Below the pieces are notes generated by a model. The model ran no database searches, was not told where the DNA came from, and saw only the letters and a list, made by a program, of their open reading frames with translations. Of a stretch of 64,000 nucleotides of DNA, positions 30,474 to 39,179 are shown in pieces (within the stretch, counting starts at the first letter, position 1; every line of letters begins with the position of its first letter). Both the position numbers and the translations under genes were made by a program. This DNA comes from Candidatus Heimdallarchaeota archaeon (GTDB taxonomy: Archaea; Asgardarchaeota; Heimdallarchaeia; Heimdallarchaeales; Heimdallarchaeaceae): contig JAUVXV010000001.1 of assembly GCA_030603365.1 (NCBI GenBank), positions 544,001 through 608,000 on the forward strand, in the 5' to 3' direction.

Positions 30474-31997
30474 TTACAGCTCCTTAGGACCACGTATGAT
30501 ATCTAAAATCATCTTTTCCATATCTATTGGTTGAAAATCAGAAGCTGCAAGTTTGGCCGCTGAAGAAAGTCTACCTTCAGAAGATGAATGTATCTCAAAA
30601 AGGGTATCACCTTTCTTAAATCGGTCTCCTCTTTTTACCTTCAGATGAACTCCTGCTGTTTTATCTGTGGGAGCTCCTGCTTGTCTAGCTAGAGTGGAAA
30701 TAGCAGCACTATCTACGGCATAAACTACACCATCAGTGTTTGCTGTTATACTTTCAACATAATCTGCTCTTGGTAAATCATCTATTGCAATATTTTCATT
30801 GCCCCCCTGAGCTACAACAATTTCTTTGAATTTAGTAAAAGCTTTTCCACTTCTTAATATCTCTTCAGAGAATTCGAATCCATACCCTCTTGGACACCAA
30901 TTATGGGCTTCAAATATTATGCCTGTGAGTGAAAGAGCTTTTCTCATTAAATCAGCACTACCGGTTTGATCTGTTAATATTTGAAGAACATCTCTTGCTT
31001 CCAAAGCTGGTCCTATCATACTTCCTATAGGTCTATCACCAGGACTTATGATGCAGTCAAGTTTGATTTTCAAAGCATATCCGATAGAGATAAAGAGACT
31101 TCCAAGTTCTTGAGCGTTTTCTCTGTGAACTACCTTTGCTCCTTTGCCGGTAGGAAGATCAATAAGTACGTAGTCAGATCCCGCTGCTATTTTTTTAGAC
31201 AATATGCTTGCAACCATAAACTCCTTAGGATCAATTTTTATTGTTTCTAAAACTGATATGATTTTATCAGAAACATCTGCTAATCCTACAGTTTCACCAC
31301 TTACTATACACCCTCCAGTGGTATCAACAACATTAATCATTTCTTCGAGTTTAAGTTCACATGGCATTAACAGTTCTACAGTATCAATTGTTCCTGCTGG
31401 TGATGTTATAGCTCTTGTTGAAACCTTAGGAACTGTTAAACCTGCAGCTGCTAAAATGGGGACCATAATAGGTGTAATTCTATTCCCTGCAATACCACCA
31501 ATACTGTGTTTATCAACAACTGGTTTTTTCTTTAGATCAATAATAGTAGAATTATTTATAATCGCTTTAGCTACAGATGTAGTTTCTTCAAGAGTCAATC
31601 CTTGAACTTGAAAAAGTGACATTAAAACTGCAATTTGTGTAGGATGCATAAGATTCTTATCTATAGATTCAAAAATTGAATTGATATCGGGTTCCTTTAA
31701 TTGTTCTCCTCTCATTTTCTTATGAATTAAATGAATGATATGTTCATTTGTTAAATCTTTAAGAACAATTTCATCTCCTTTATGCATTCCGTGCTCTTCT
31801 GCTACGATACTTGATATCCCAATAGTATTTTCAGGATATTTATCACTAGTATATACTTTTAAACCAAAATTGAATGGTGAAATTTCTATTAATTGACCTG
31901 GTAGAATTTCATATTTTTGTGCTAAATCATTATTAATAAACATGTATTCTGGCTCTGAGTCTAACATTTTTTCTATTTTTACAACTAATTTTATCAT
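30474..31997 (-). CDS. AMP phosphorylase (thymidine phosphorylase family)
   Basis: DKHSIGGIAGN, STRAITSPAGT.D, SILSKK, IGPALEA, AGAP.DK.AG, plus the N-terminal extension of the archaeal AMPpase type. Confidence 0.9.
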   Translation of the reverse strand: MIKLVVKIEKMLDSEPEYMFINNDLAQKYEILPGQLIEISPFNFGLKVYTSDKYPENTIGISSIVAEEHGMHKGDEIVLKDLTNEHIIHLIHKKMRGEQLKEPDINSIFESIDKNLMHPTQIAVLMSLFQVQGLTLEETTSVAKAIINNSTIIDLKKKPVVDKHSIGGIAGNRITPIMVPILAAAGLTVPKVSTRAITSPAGTIDTVELLMPCELKLEEMINVVDTTGGCIVSGETVGLADVSDKIISVLETIKIDPKEFMVASILSKKIAAGSDYVLIDLPTGKGAKVVHRENAQELGSLFISIGYALKIKLDCIISPGDRPIGSMIGPALEARDVLQILTDQTGSADLMRKALSLTGIIFEAHNWCPRGYGFEFSEEILRSGKAFTKFKEIVVAQGGNENIAIDDLPRADYVESITANTDGVVYAVDSAAISTLARQAGAPTDKTAGVHLKVKRGDRFKKGDTLFEIHSSSEGRLSSAAKLAASDFQPIDMEKMILDIIRGPKEL

Positions 31998-32146
31998 ATA
32001 ATTACCGCCAGTTGATTTCCATTTCTTTAAACACTAAATGGTTTGGGTTCTATAATAAGCATTGTGAATGAGTAAAAAAATTCTTCTCTTTCCTTTTTCC
32101 TAACTCGTAATAATTATTAATCTCTTCTTCTATAATGTATCTAACA

Positions 32147-32293
32147 ATGAATGGAGAACAAAAATCTCCTCAATCAAAAGATACCGAGGAAGAAAAACCT
32201 TTTAGCTGTAGTGGTTGTGGAAAACCTTTAGGTAGATTGGATGAATACTGCTCTAATTGTGAAAGAATAAATCCAAACTATATTCTTAGATAG
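32147..32293 (+). CDS. Zn-ribbon microprotein (48 aa)
   Basis: My translation: MNGEQKSPQSKDTEEEKPFSCSGCGKPLGRLDEYCSNCERINPNYILR*. CxxC-x10-CxxC; below the ORF-track length cutoff. Confidence 0.7.
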   Translation: MNGEQKSPQSKDTEEEKPFSCSGCGKPLGRLDEYCSNCERINPNYILR

Positions 32294-32357
32294 AATTGGA
32301 ATAGAAGGAAAACTATTAAATATATTTAACAAATTCGTAATAACGTAGGTTTATAAA

Positions 32358-32531
32358 ATGGCTGGTATACCTCTCCCCCCAGGTAAGAAAGGTGAGCAGA
32401 ATGGAAACCCTGATGCTGACTGTGAAAAATATGAGCCAATAATGGGAGACTATTGTAAGTATTATGTTACAATAACAGAGGAATGTATGATAAAATTCAG
32501 CTTATGTAATGGGTATGGTAAATTGAAATAA
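32358..32531 (+). CDS. Cys-rich microprotein (57 aa)
   Basis: My translation: MAGIPLPPGKKGEQNGNPDADCEKYEPIMGDYCKYYVTITEECMIKFSLCNGYGKLK*. AGGT upstream; locally higher GC than its flanks. Confidence 0.6.
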   Translation: MAGIPLPPGKKGEQNGNPDADCEKYEPIMGDYCKYYVTITEECMIKFSLCNGYGKLK

Positions 32532-32550
32532 AAACCTCCCAAATCATTTC

Positions 32551-33384
32551 TTACCTTTTTAGTAACTGATCAAGATCATTACTTATATCCTTAACATTTG
32601 CTACAATTCTATTTTGACCTGTTCCTTTGGTGCCCCCCACATCGATGGTTGCAGATGTTAGAAATAGTGGTTTGAAAAAATCTTTGATCATTAATTTTCC
32701 GTCTCCAAGAAGACAGGAACATGTACCCACATATTTGTCTCCTTCAACTTTCCTAACTCTAAAGAAACTTACGTGATTTGATCTGTCTCTCCAGATAATT
32801 AAATTTGCAGCTAGGATGATATTATCTCGGATGATATGACCTAAAAACACATTAGGATCTAAACCTAACTCGTATAAATCTGAACTTTGACTCTTTTCGA
32901 AATTTGTAAGAACCATCATTTTTGTATTCTTTGCAAGTTGCTCATATCTTTCAATTGGTACTTGTTCAGTTCCTTCTTTTATGATGAAAGTGTAAGATCT
33001 ATCTCGTCGCAAAGTATATGCTGCTTGATATTCTATCATTGCAGAAACTAACTCAATTAACAGAGGTGCTTCCTTTTTACTTAGCTCAAATTTGTCAATA
33101 GATTGTATAGGTATTTTTGACCTAGCTAGAAGACTGCAAATAAGTACTCCTATTAAATCGTGAGAGAGTGATCCTGCGATAATACAACCTGAAGGGAGTA
33201 AAATTGCTGGAAGTTGGTTCAATGGAATTCCCTTTTTCTCTGCGGATTCTCTATTCTTACTTACTTGATGTACAATAACTTTAACTTCCTGTGTCTTAAG
33301 AGCACTAATAACTGCTGTCAAGAACTTCAAAGTAGGTTGACAATGGTCACAATTCTCTTCATGTATGAATATTTCTATTTCCAT
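32551..33384 (-). CDS. Thioredoxin-fold (CDHC) domain fused to a putative DICT-like domain
   Basis: N-terminal CDHC ...LPAILL; C-terminal LLIELVSAMIEYQA...ERYEQLAK..MMVL. Confidence 0.55.
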   Translation of the reverse strand: MEIEIFIHEENCDHCQPTLKFLTAVISALKTQEVKVIVHQVSKNRESAEKKGIPLNQLPAILLPSGCIIAGSLSHDLIGVLICSLLARSKIPIQSIDKFELSKKEAPLLIELVSAMIEYQAAYTLRRDRSYTFIIKEGTEQVPIERYEQLAKNTKMMVLTNFEKSQSSDLYELGLDPNVFLGHIIRDNIILAANLIIWRDRSNHVSFFRVRKVEGDKYVGTCSCLLGDGKLMIKDFFKPLFLTSATIDVGGTKGTGQNRIVANVKDISNDLDQLLKR

Positions 33385-33468
33385 TTTGCTCCAACAACTA
33401 AAACGATTAACGAATGAGTAGCATAATGTTTAGATTAATATAAAGATTTTTGTTCCTTGAAAATCTTT

Positions 33469-34719
33469 TTACTTCCTTTTTAGAATATACCTCTCTAGAT
33501 ATTTTTCTCTTGCTTTGGTAATTGCTTCATATGCTTGCGAAAAACAGTCAAGTCTCCTCTCTGGTATAGGATCCCAGCCTCTACCATCGCTATTTTCTGC
33601 AAGTAATAGGTGTTTCCACATTTCTTCGGTAATATCTGAATCAGGTAAATGTGCAAAATACCATCGAGCTTCCTGGCATAATCTTTCTAATTTTCTATTA
33701 TCTTCATCTTCAGTCCATAAATCTAATCTTCTATTTGGACTCCAACTTCCTGTTTTCATGTAACCTAAGTCTTTTGGTTTATGTTTTTCAAGATATTTCG
33801 CTGGAAGAATCATTTCAAAATTCTTTACTTTCAACATATGTTGTATGAGATTTTTCAAATCTTCTTCAGTTGGTAATCTACCTTCTATAAAACTCCTATA
33901 TCCGAAGAATTCAATATCTGTGCCATATGGAATGACTAAACCTGATGCATCTCTGAATTTTGAAAGCAATCTAGCTACTCTTTTTGGATTAATAAATGGA
34001 AATCCAAGAACACTTGCTGTGGAAAGAATGCTCCAAGATTGAGGAACTTTGACACCTGTAATTGTCCCTTTGACTCCCTTCAACTCGACTAGAGAAAAGT
34101 CTGTTTGTTTGCAGAATTTTGTAATGCCTTTTCTCGCTTTGTTAAATTTATATATCTTCTTGAAAAACCCTTTTGCTTTGAGAAAATCAATAATATAATG
34201 AGTTGCTGAAAAATAAGGCGTATTGTAGGCATTGGCATCATTGAGGAGAGGGTTGCTTAAGTTAAACAATTCCTCATCAATAAACACATATGAAAAATCA
34301 TAAGTTTTGAGGATAGCAGGCAAGAGTGGATCATAAGCAAGTTCTGGTAACCAGAAACCCTTTGGTTTATAATTCATCACTTTTAGAAGTACTTTCTGAT
34401 TAAATTCAATCTGTTTTTTCATATCCTCTATCGGTAAAAGTGGAAATATAGGATGAGAATAACCGCAACCTGTCAATTCAAATTTACCTTCATCTACACC
34501 TAGTTTGAGCAAGTCAATGATTTCAGGATATTCATTGTTGAGAATCTCAAGTGTAACTCCAGTGAAATTAAGAACAACTTCAACTTTAGGCATTTCTAAC
34601 AATGTTGAAATTACTGGAAGGTAGCTATGTTTAACAACTTTAGGAATTTCACTTACTGGAATTTCTGCGTATTGAAGATTTGCATGTAAAACAATTGTTG
34701 AATACACAAAAAGAGACAT
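33469..34719 (-). CDS. GH57 alpha-galactosidase (Thermococcales type)
   Basis: HANLQYAEIP, GFWLPELAYDP, YGTDIEF.GY, TGSW.P, LAENSDGRGW.P.PERRLD match the recalled Pyrococcus GH57 alpha-galactosidase. Start ATG 34719. Confidence 0.85.
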   Translation of the reverse strand: MSLFVYSTIVLHANLQYAEIPVSEIPKVVKHSYLPVISTLLEMPKVEVVLNFTGVTLEILNNEYPEIIDLLKLGVDEGKFELTGCGYSHPIFPLLPIEDMKKQIEFNQKVLLKVMNYKPKGFWLPELAYDPLLPAILKTYDFSYVFIDEELFNLSNPLLNDANAYNTPYFSATHYIIDFLKAKGFFKKIYKFNKARKGITKFCKQTDFSLVELKGVKGTITGVKVPQSWSILSTASVLGFPFINPKRVARLLSKFRDASGLVIPYGTDIEFFGYRSFIEGRLPTEEDLKNLIQHMLKVKNFEMILPAKYLEKHKPKDLGYMKTGSWSPNRRLDLWTEDEDNRKLERLCQEARWYFAHLPDSDITEEMWKHLLLAENSDGRGWDPIPERRLDCFSQAYEAITKAREKYLERYILKRK

Positions 34720-34833
34720 TAAACTATTAATATAAACATTGTGGGAGCAAATAAAGTAGCTAAAATTGAACATATTTAATTTGAAACAAAGTAATCCGAA
34801 GGTGTTAAATATAAATCCCAGAGATTCCTTTTA

Positions 34834-35796
34834 ATGACCGTTCGAGAAATAAGAAAAAACCCTTTTACAAACGAATGGATAATATATTCAGAATCTAGAC
34901 AAACTAGACCAGATCGTGAAGAAGGATTCTGTCCTCTTTGTACAGGATCCACAGAAGTTCCAAATTTTAGTCAACCTTTAAGGATTCCAAATAAATTTCC
35001 CTCCCTCAGTTCAGATGAAGAACTCAGAAAAAGCAAGAAAGGAGAATTTCAACAGAAGATGAATGGATATGGTACATGTGAATTAGTTGTCTATACTGAC
35101 GTTCATAATGCAAAATTCATTGATTTAACTTTAGATGAGATTATGCTCATTTTTGAGAGATGGATGGAAGCAAGCAAAGAATTTAGTTCGAATAAGAATA
35201 TCAAATATATACTTCCTTTTGAAAATTATGGACCAGAAGTAGGTGCTACTTTGATACATCCCCACGGTCAACTTTATGCATATCCATTTGTTCCTAATTC
35301 AGTCCAAAAAGAACTAGATTCAATATTACAGTATAAGGAGAAGAATAACGCTTGTATGGTTTGTGATTTTATTTCTTCAGAGATACAAGATGAGAAAAGA
35401 ATTATTTTCCAAGACGAGAATATAGTAGTTCTTATTCCCTATTTTGCAAGATATGCTTATGATGTCTTCATCTATCCAAGAAGACATGTTAGTTTTCTTC
35501 ATCAATGTACTAGAATTGAACTTACAAATATGATTTCATGTTTACGCCAATCTATTGTTGCCTTAACTGATGTTTTTCAGAAAGATGTAAGCTATTCACT
35601 CTCTTTACATCAAGCTCCTGTAAATGTTAAAGGTACTTCCTACTATCATCTATACTTCAAAATTCACACACCACAGCGGAATTTAAAGTCACTTAAGTTA
35701 CTAGGAGCAGTAGAAACAAGTACTATGACATACATCAATAGTACTCTACCAGAAACAGCTTCCTCTAATCTTAGAAAATACTTCTCGAACATATGA
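34834..35796 (+). CDS. galT: Galactose-1-phosphate uridylyltransferase
   Basis: R..RP...CPLC, NKFPSL, FENYG..GATLIHPHGQ (HPH catalytic motif). Confidence 0.92.
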   Translation: MTVREIRKNPFTNEWIIYSESRQTRPDREEGFCPLCTGSTEVPNFSQPLRIPNKFPSLSSDEELRKSKKGEFQQKMNGYGTCELVVYTDVHNAKFIDLTLDEIMLIFERWMEASKEFSSNKNIKYILPFENYGPEVGATLIHPHGQLYAYPFVPNSVQKELDSILQYKEKNNACMVCDFISSEIQDEKRIIFQDENIVVLIPYFARYAYDVFIYPRRHVSFLHQCTRIELTNMISCLRQSIVALTDVFQKDVSYSLSLHQAPVNVKGTSYYHLYFKIHTPQRNLKSLKLLGAVETSTMTYINSTLPETASSNLRKYFSNI

Positions 35797-35982
35797 AAAA
35801 AATATGCATTAAAACATAAACATCAAGAACCAATATTGCTGATTAGACTAATTACAGTCTCTTAAAGGCTTATAATAAAACTTCTAATTTTCTCGAACTT
35901 CTTAATTAGGCTAGATTCTAAAATAACATTTATAATAAGCCTAGAATATATAAAATAGTAGACAAAATTATGGAGGTCTAAA

Positions 35983-38900
35983 ATGAAAAAAAAGGCAATT
36001 ATGGGTTCAGCCTTGTTAGGTTTGACATTTATCCTTCTCACAATGAGTGGATCAATCAGTCAAGTGAGTATTAATTACATAAATAATGCCCTTGATGCAC
36101 CAACACTGAACCCAGTGTTTGTAGAAGAAATGCGAATAATCGCAGCTATAGATTCTGCAGCAGTAGTGGAATTAGATCTTGTAGGTGGAGCTATACCTGA
36201 AATATCTTCGAATCCGTTATTTGCTGATGTTATGAGTTGGGGTCTTATTGCTTCTGATCAGGCTAATTTCGCGGATTATGTTCTGAGAAGACCATTCAAG
36301 GCACCAGATAATGCTACACTATTACTAGAAATGAGTGGAACACTTACTCCTGAAGAAAGTCTAGTACAAGCTGTTAAAGTAGCTTTATTGTTTGACTCTG
36401 TTTATGAACTCAATCTAATGTGGACTAGAGCTGAAGCTCTTCCAAGTGGTGGTTACTTATACTATTTCACTGGAGGAATGGGCTTAAGCATCTTTACAAC
36501 CCTAATAACTGATATTCAAACAGATATTGGTAGTGGTTTTGCTACTGTACTAGATTCCGTAGATATTAATGCTTCTCCTGTAAAATGTATCCTAATCGGT
36601 TCATTGGTTACTGAAGACTTGCTAACACCTATTCGTGGTGTATATTATGTAGATACAGATGCCATCACAGGTACAACTGATTTCACATTATCAACAAATA
36701 ATGTTTTTGGTGAAAATCTTGTTCCTAAAATAGGTTTTCCTGTTTATTCTATACTTAAATTCCGATTTCCATATACAATCAATCCTTCAATTATCAGCCC
36801 AATGGCAGATAATTTTGCACCACAAATAACTGGTAAAATGGATTGGAATTTGAATACTCCATGGATGGATGCTAGACCAGGAATGAACTACCAAGTTGTA
36901 TATAATATAAATCATGCTGAATTAGCTTCTTCACCAAGAGTTTCAGTAAATATGGCCTATGATCAAGATATGCTAAATAATGATGGCAGATTGCAGATGG
37001 ATTATGTTGTAACAAATACTGGAACAGAAGCTGCAACTGACATAGATATTAGTTATCCATTAGGACCTGATTTTCTAAACTTCATGGCAACAAAACCAAA
37101 TCTCTTTGTACTTAGAGATGATGTAACAATAAATAAAGGATATTTTAATGTTATTCATGCAACTGTTTTAATGCAGTTTGAAGGAGTTTTATTCCCAGAT
37201 GGAGATTATCCAGATGTGGTATATGAACAAGATTTTCTTATATTAGATGGATGGTATCAGAACAACACAGATATGTCAATGGTTGACATTGATCCATTAA
37301 ATACTGATGTTGTTGTTAAAACTGATTTTACTACCTATGTTATCGTAGAATCAGGAGATGTTATAACTACTGTTACTCTTAGTTCACCACAGGGTGTGCC
37401 TACTTCACTAATAAATCTGTGTAAAGAATATCTAGACCCAATAAAATTACCCCCAGTAAATCCGGTAGATGTATATGATACATTCTTAGCATATTCAGAT
37501 AATCTTGTAATTGCTACACAAGAAACAGGAGAATATTTGTTTGATTTGCTCTATACAGAACAATCTATGTTCGATTCTGATTTAATGGATTTCAGTATCT
37601 CTGTACGAGATGTTGGAATAGTGGGAGACGAAAGTTTCCGTGAAGAAGTTTTCCTGAACACAACCATTCCATTCTTAGATGTTGGAGCATCAGTTAATGT
37701 TAGTTGGGCAATGGATAATATTCCTGCAAAAGACATGCACTTTGGAATGATGGGTTTAGCACCAATAAATGTCGGTGCTTCATATCCTGCACTACAATTA
37801 ACAACACTTGACCGAACAGGTTATGATTTGATGCAGTTCCTATTTGGAGTAGGAGATATGATCACTCCTTACTTGGGAGATAAATTTAGTCGCCCACTAA
37901 GCTACTTTGAACCATGGACAGAAACATGGATATCTGCAGGTGCTAGATTTAGTTATACTGATCCTCAAGGCTTTGAATATTACGGATTTAGCAACGGAAT
38001 TAATTTGCAAATTGCAGATGACGAAGCAGTACTGAATGTTCATGTCTCATTGAATCAAACAGCTTATGAAGTAGGAGATCCTGTAACAGTTTCTTATTAC
38101 ATTCAAAATACTGGCAATTTACCAGCTGAAGATGTTGTATTAGCACTCTTTCATGGACGAATGGGAGCTGATTGGCAAATCGTTGATTCTGAAGTTTTCT
38201 GGGTAGATGAAGTTGGTACAGTTGCAGCAGGCACAACCTATGCAAATGAAGCTAACGTTTTAGCTAACTCTTTCCTAGGTATTCATCCAGTTTATGCTGT
38301 TGTTGCTTTTACTAGTGATAAAGGACAAACTGCTGAGGTGGAAGGTTTTATAGACTTTGCACCAGGGTTGGTTTCAACATTTGATGGCGCAGCAGAGACT
38401 GCTCAAGTGATCCTTTCAAATATGGATTGGGGATTAGTATTACCAAAAACTGAAGATAGAAGACCAGCATTTCCACAACCAATTATTGTAATAGATGTGG
38501 ATGTAAAATTCATTATTCCTGAAGATGCCCCATGGGAACTTTTGCTTACCATAACCATTGCCAATGTAGGTGATGAGAGAACACATATTACCGCTATCCA
38601 ATATTACAACGCTTCTGAAATGCAATTATTACACAAATCTTCAACTCCACAAGGCGTTACACTAAATAGAACTCGTTACGGTATAGGAGTTATACTATTC
38701 CAAGGTATCACATTATTACCAGGAGAATCAGTCGTACTCACAATACAATGGTTGTTCTTAACCAGCCATGGTTGTTACATCCCAGGTATCATTGTAATTT
38801 ATGACAGTAGATACGAGAATGAACTTGGTGATGAAGGCGTTGTAGATACAACTCCTGAAGTCGATGAGCCATTGGTTTATGCAATGAACGGTGCTGCTCA

Positions 38901-39081
38901 AGAAGAGGAGGAATGGGAAGATTATGGACAATCTACTCAAACTGGATCTTCAGCTGGAGCAGATGCTTTTGCAGAAGGAGACTATACTAGAAAACTTGGA
39001 TCAGCTGATGTAATCATCTGGTCATTAAGTGCAATATTTGTAACTGCTCTCGCAACCACATTGAAGTGGAAAAAGAAATAA
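35983..39081 (+). CDS. Large secreted, C-terminally anchored surface protein with CARDB/Ig-like domains (S-layer-like)
   Basis: Signal peptide, acidic composition, repeated V/I-x-N-T/V-G motifs, C-terminal TM helix plus KWKKK, strong GGAGGT SD. Confidence 0.7.
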   Translation: MKKKAIMGSALLGLTFILLTMSGSISQVSINYINNALDAPTLNPVFVEEMRIIAAIDSAAVVELDLVGGAIPEISSNPLFADVMSWGLIASDQANFADYVLRRPFKAPDNATLLLEMSGTLTPEESLVQAVKVALLFDSVYELNLMWTRAEALPSGGYLYYFTGGMGLSIFTTLITDIQTDIGSGFATVLDSVDINASPVKCILIGSLVTEDLLTPIRGVYYVDTDAITGTTDFTLSTNNVFGENLVPKIGFPVYSILKFRFPYTINPSIISPMADNFAPQITGKMDWNLNTPWMDARPGMNYQVVYNINHAELASSPRVSVNMAYDQDMLNNDGRLQMDYVVTNTGTEAATDIDISYPLGPDFLNFMATKPNLFVLRDDVTINKGYFNVIHATVLMQFEGVLFPDGDYPDVVYEQDFLILDGWYQNNTDMSMVDIDPLNTDVVVKTDFTTYVIVESGDVITTVTLSSPQGVPTSLINLCKEYLDPIKLPPVNPVDVYDTFLAYSDNLVIATQETGEYLFDLLYTEQSMFDSDLMDFSISVRDVGIVGDESFREEVFLNTTIPFLDVGASVNVSWAMDNIPAKDMHFGMMGLAPINVGASYPALQLTTLDRTGYDLMQFLFGVGDMITPYLGDKFSRPLSYFEPWTETWISAGARFSYTDPQGFEYYGFSNGINLQIADDEAVLNVHVSLNQTAYEVGDPVTVSYYIQNTGNLPAEDVVLALFHGRMGADWQIVDSEVFWVDEVGTVAAGTTYANEANVLANSFLGIHPVYAVVAFTSDKGQTAEVEGFIDFAPGLVSTFDGAAETAQVILSNMDWGLVLPKTEDRRPAFPQPIIVIDVDVKFIIPEDAPWELLLTITIANVGDERTHITAIQYYNASEMQLLHKSSTPQGVTLNRTRYGIGVILFQGITLLPGESVVLTIQWLFLTSHGCYIPGIIVIYDSRYENELGDEGVVDTTPEVDEPLVYAMNGAAQEEEEWEDYGQSTQTGSSAGADAFAEGDYTRKLGSADVIIWSLSAIFVTALATTLKWKKK

Positions 39082-39120
39082 TTTTTCTCTTTTTTTTTCT
39101 TTTCCTTATTTATTTTTGAA
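39082..39120 (+). terminator. Archaeal oligo-T terminator
   Basis: T-rich run (tttttctctttttttttcttt...) immediately after the stop codon. Confidence 0.6.
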
Positions 39121-39179
39121 CATTCGTAATAGCTTGTTTTAAATAGGCATTTGTCGCTAGATTTAGAAAGGGGAACTAG

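Noticed and set aside
30981-31605. Antisense ORFs, with similar ones inside priL, dinB, PLD, the SBP (48043-48576), the permease, the DUF92 fusion and GT4
   Set aside because: They lie fully opposite well-supported genes, have Ser/Ile-rich shadow composition and show no motifs.
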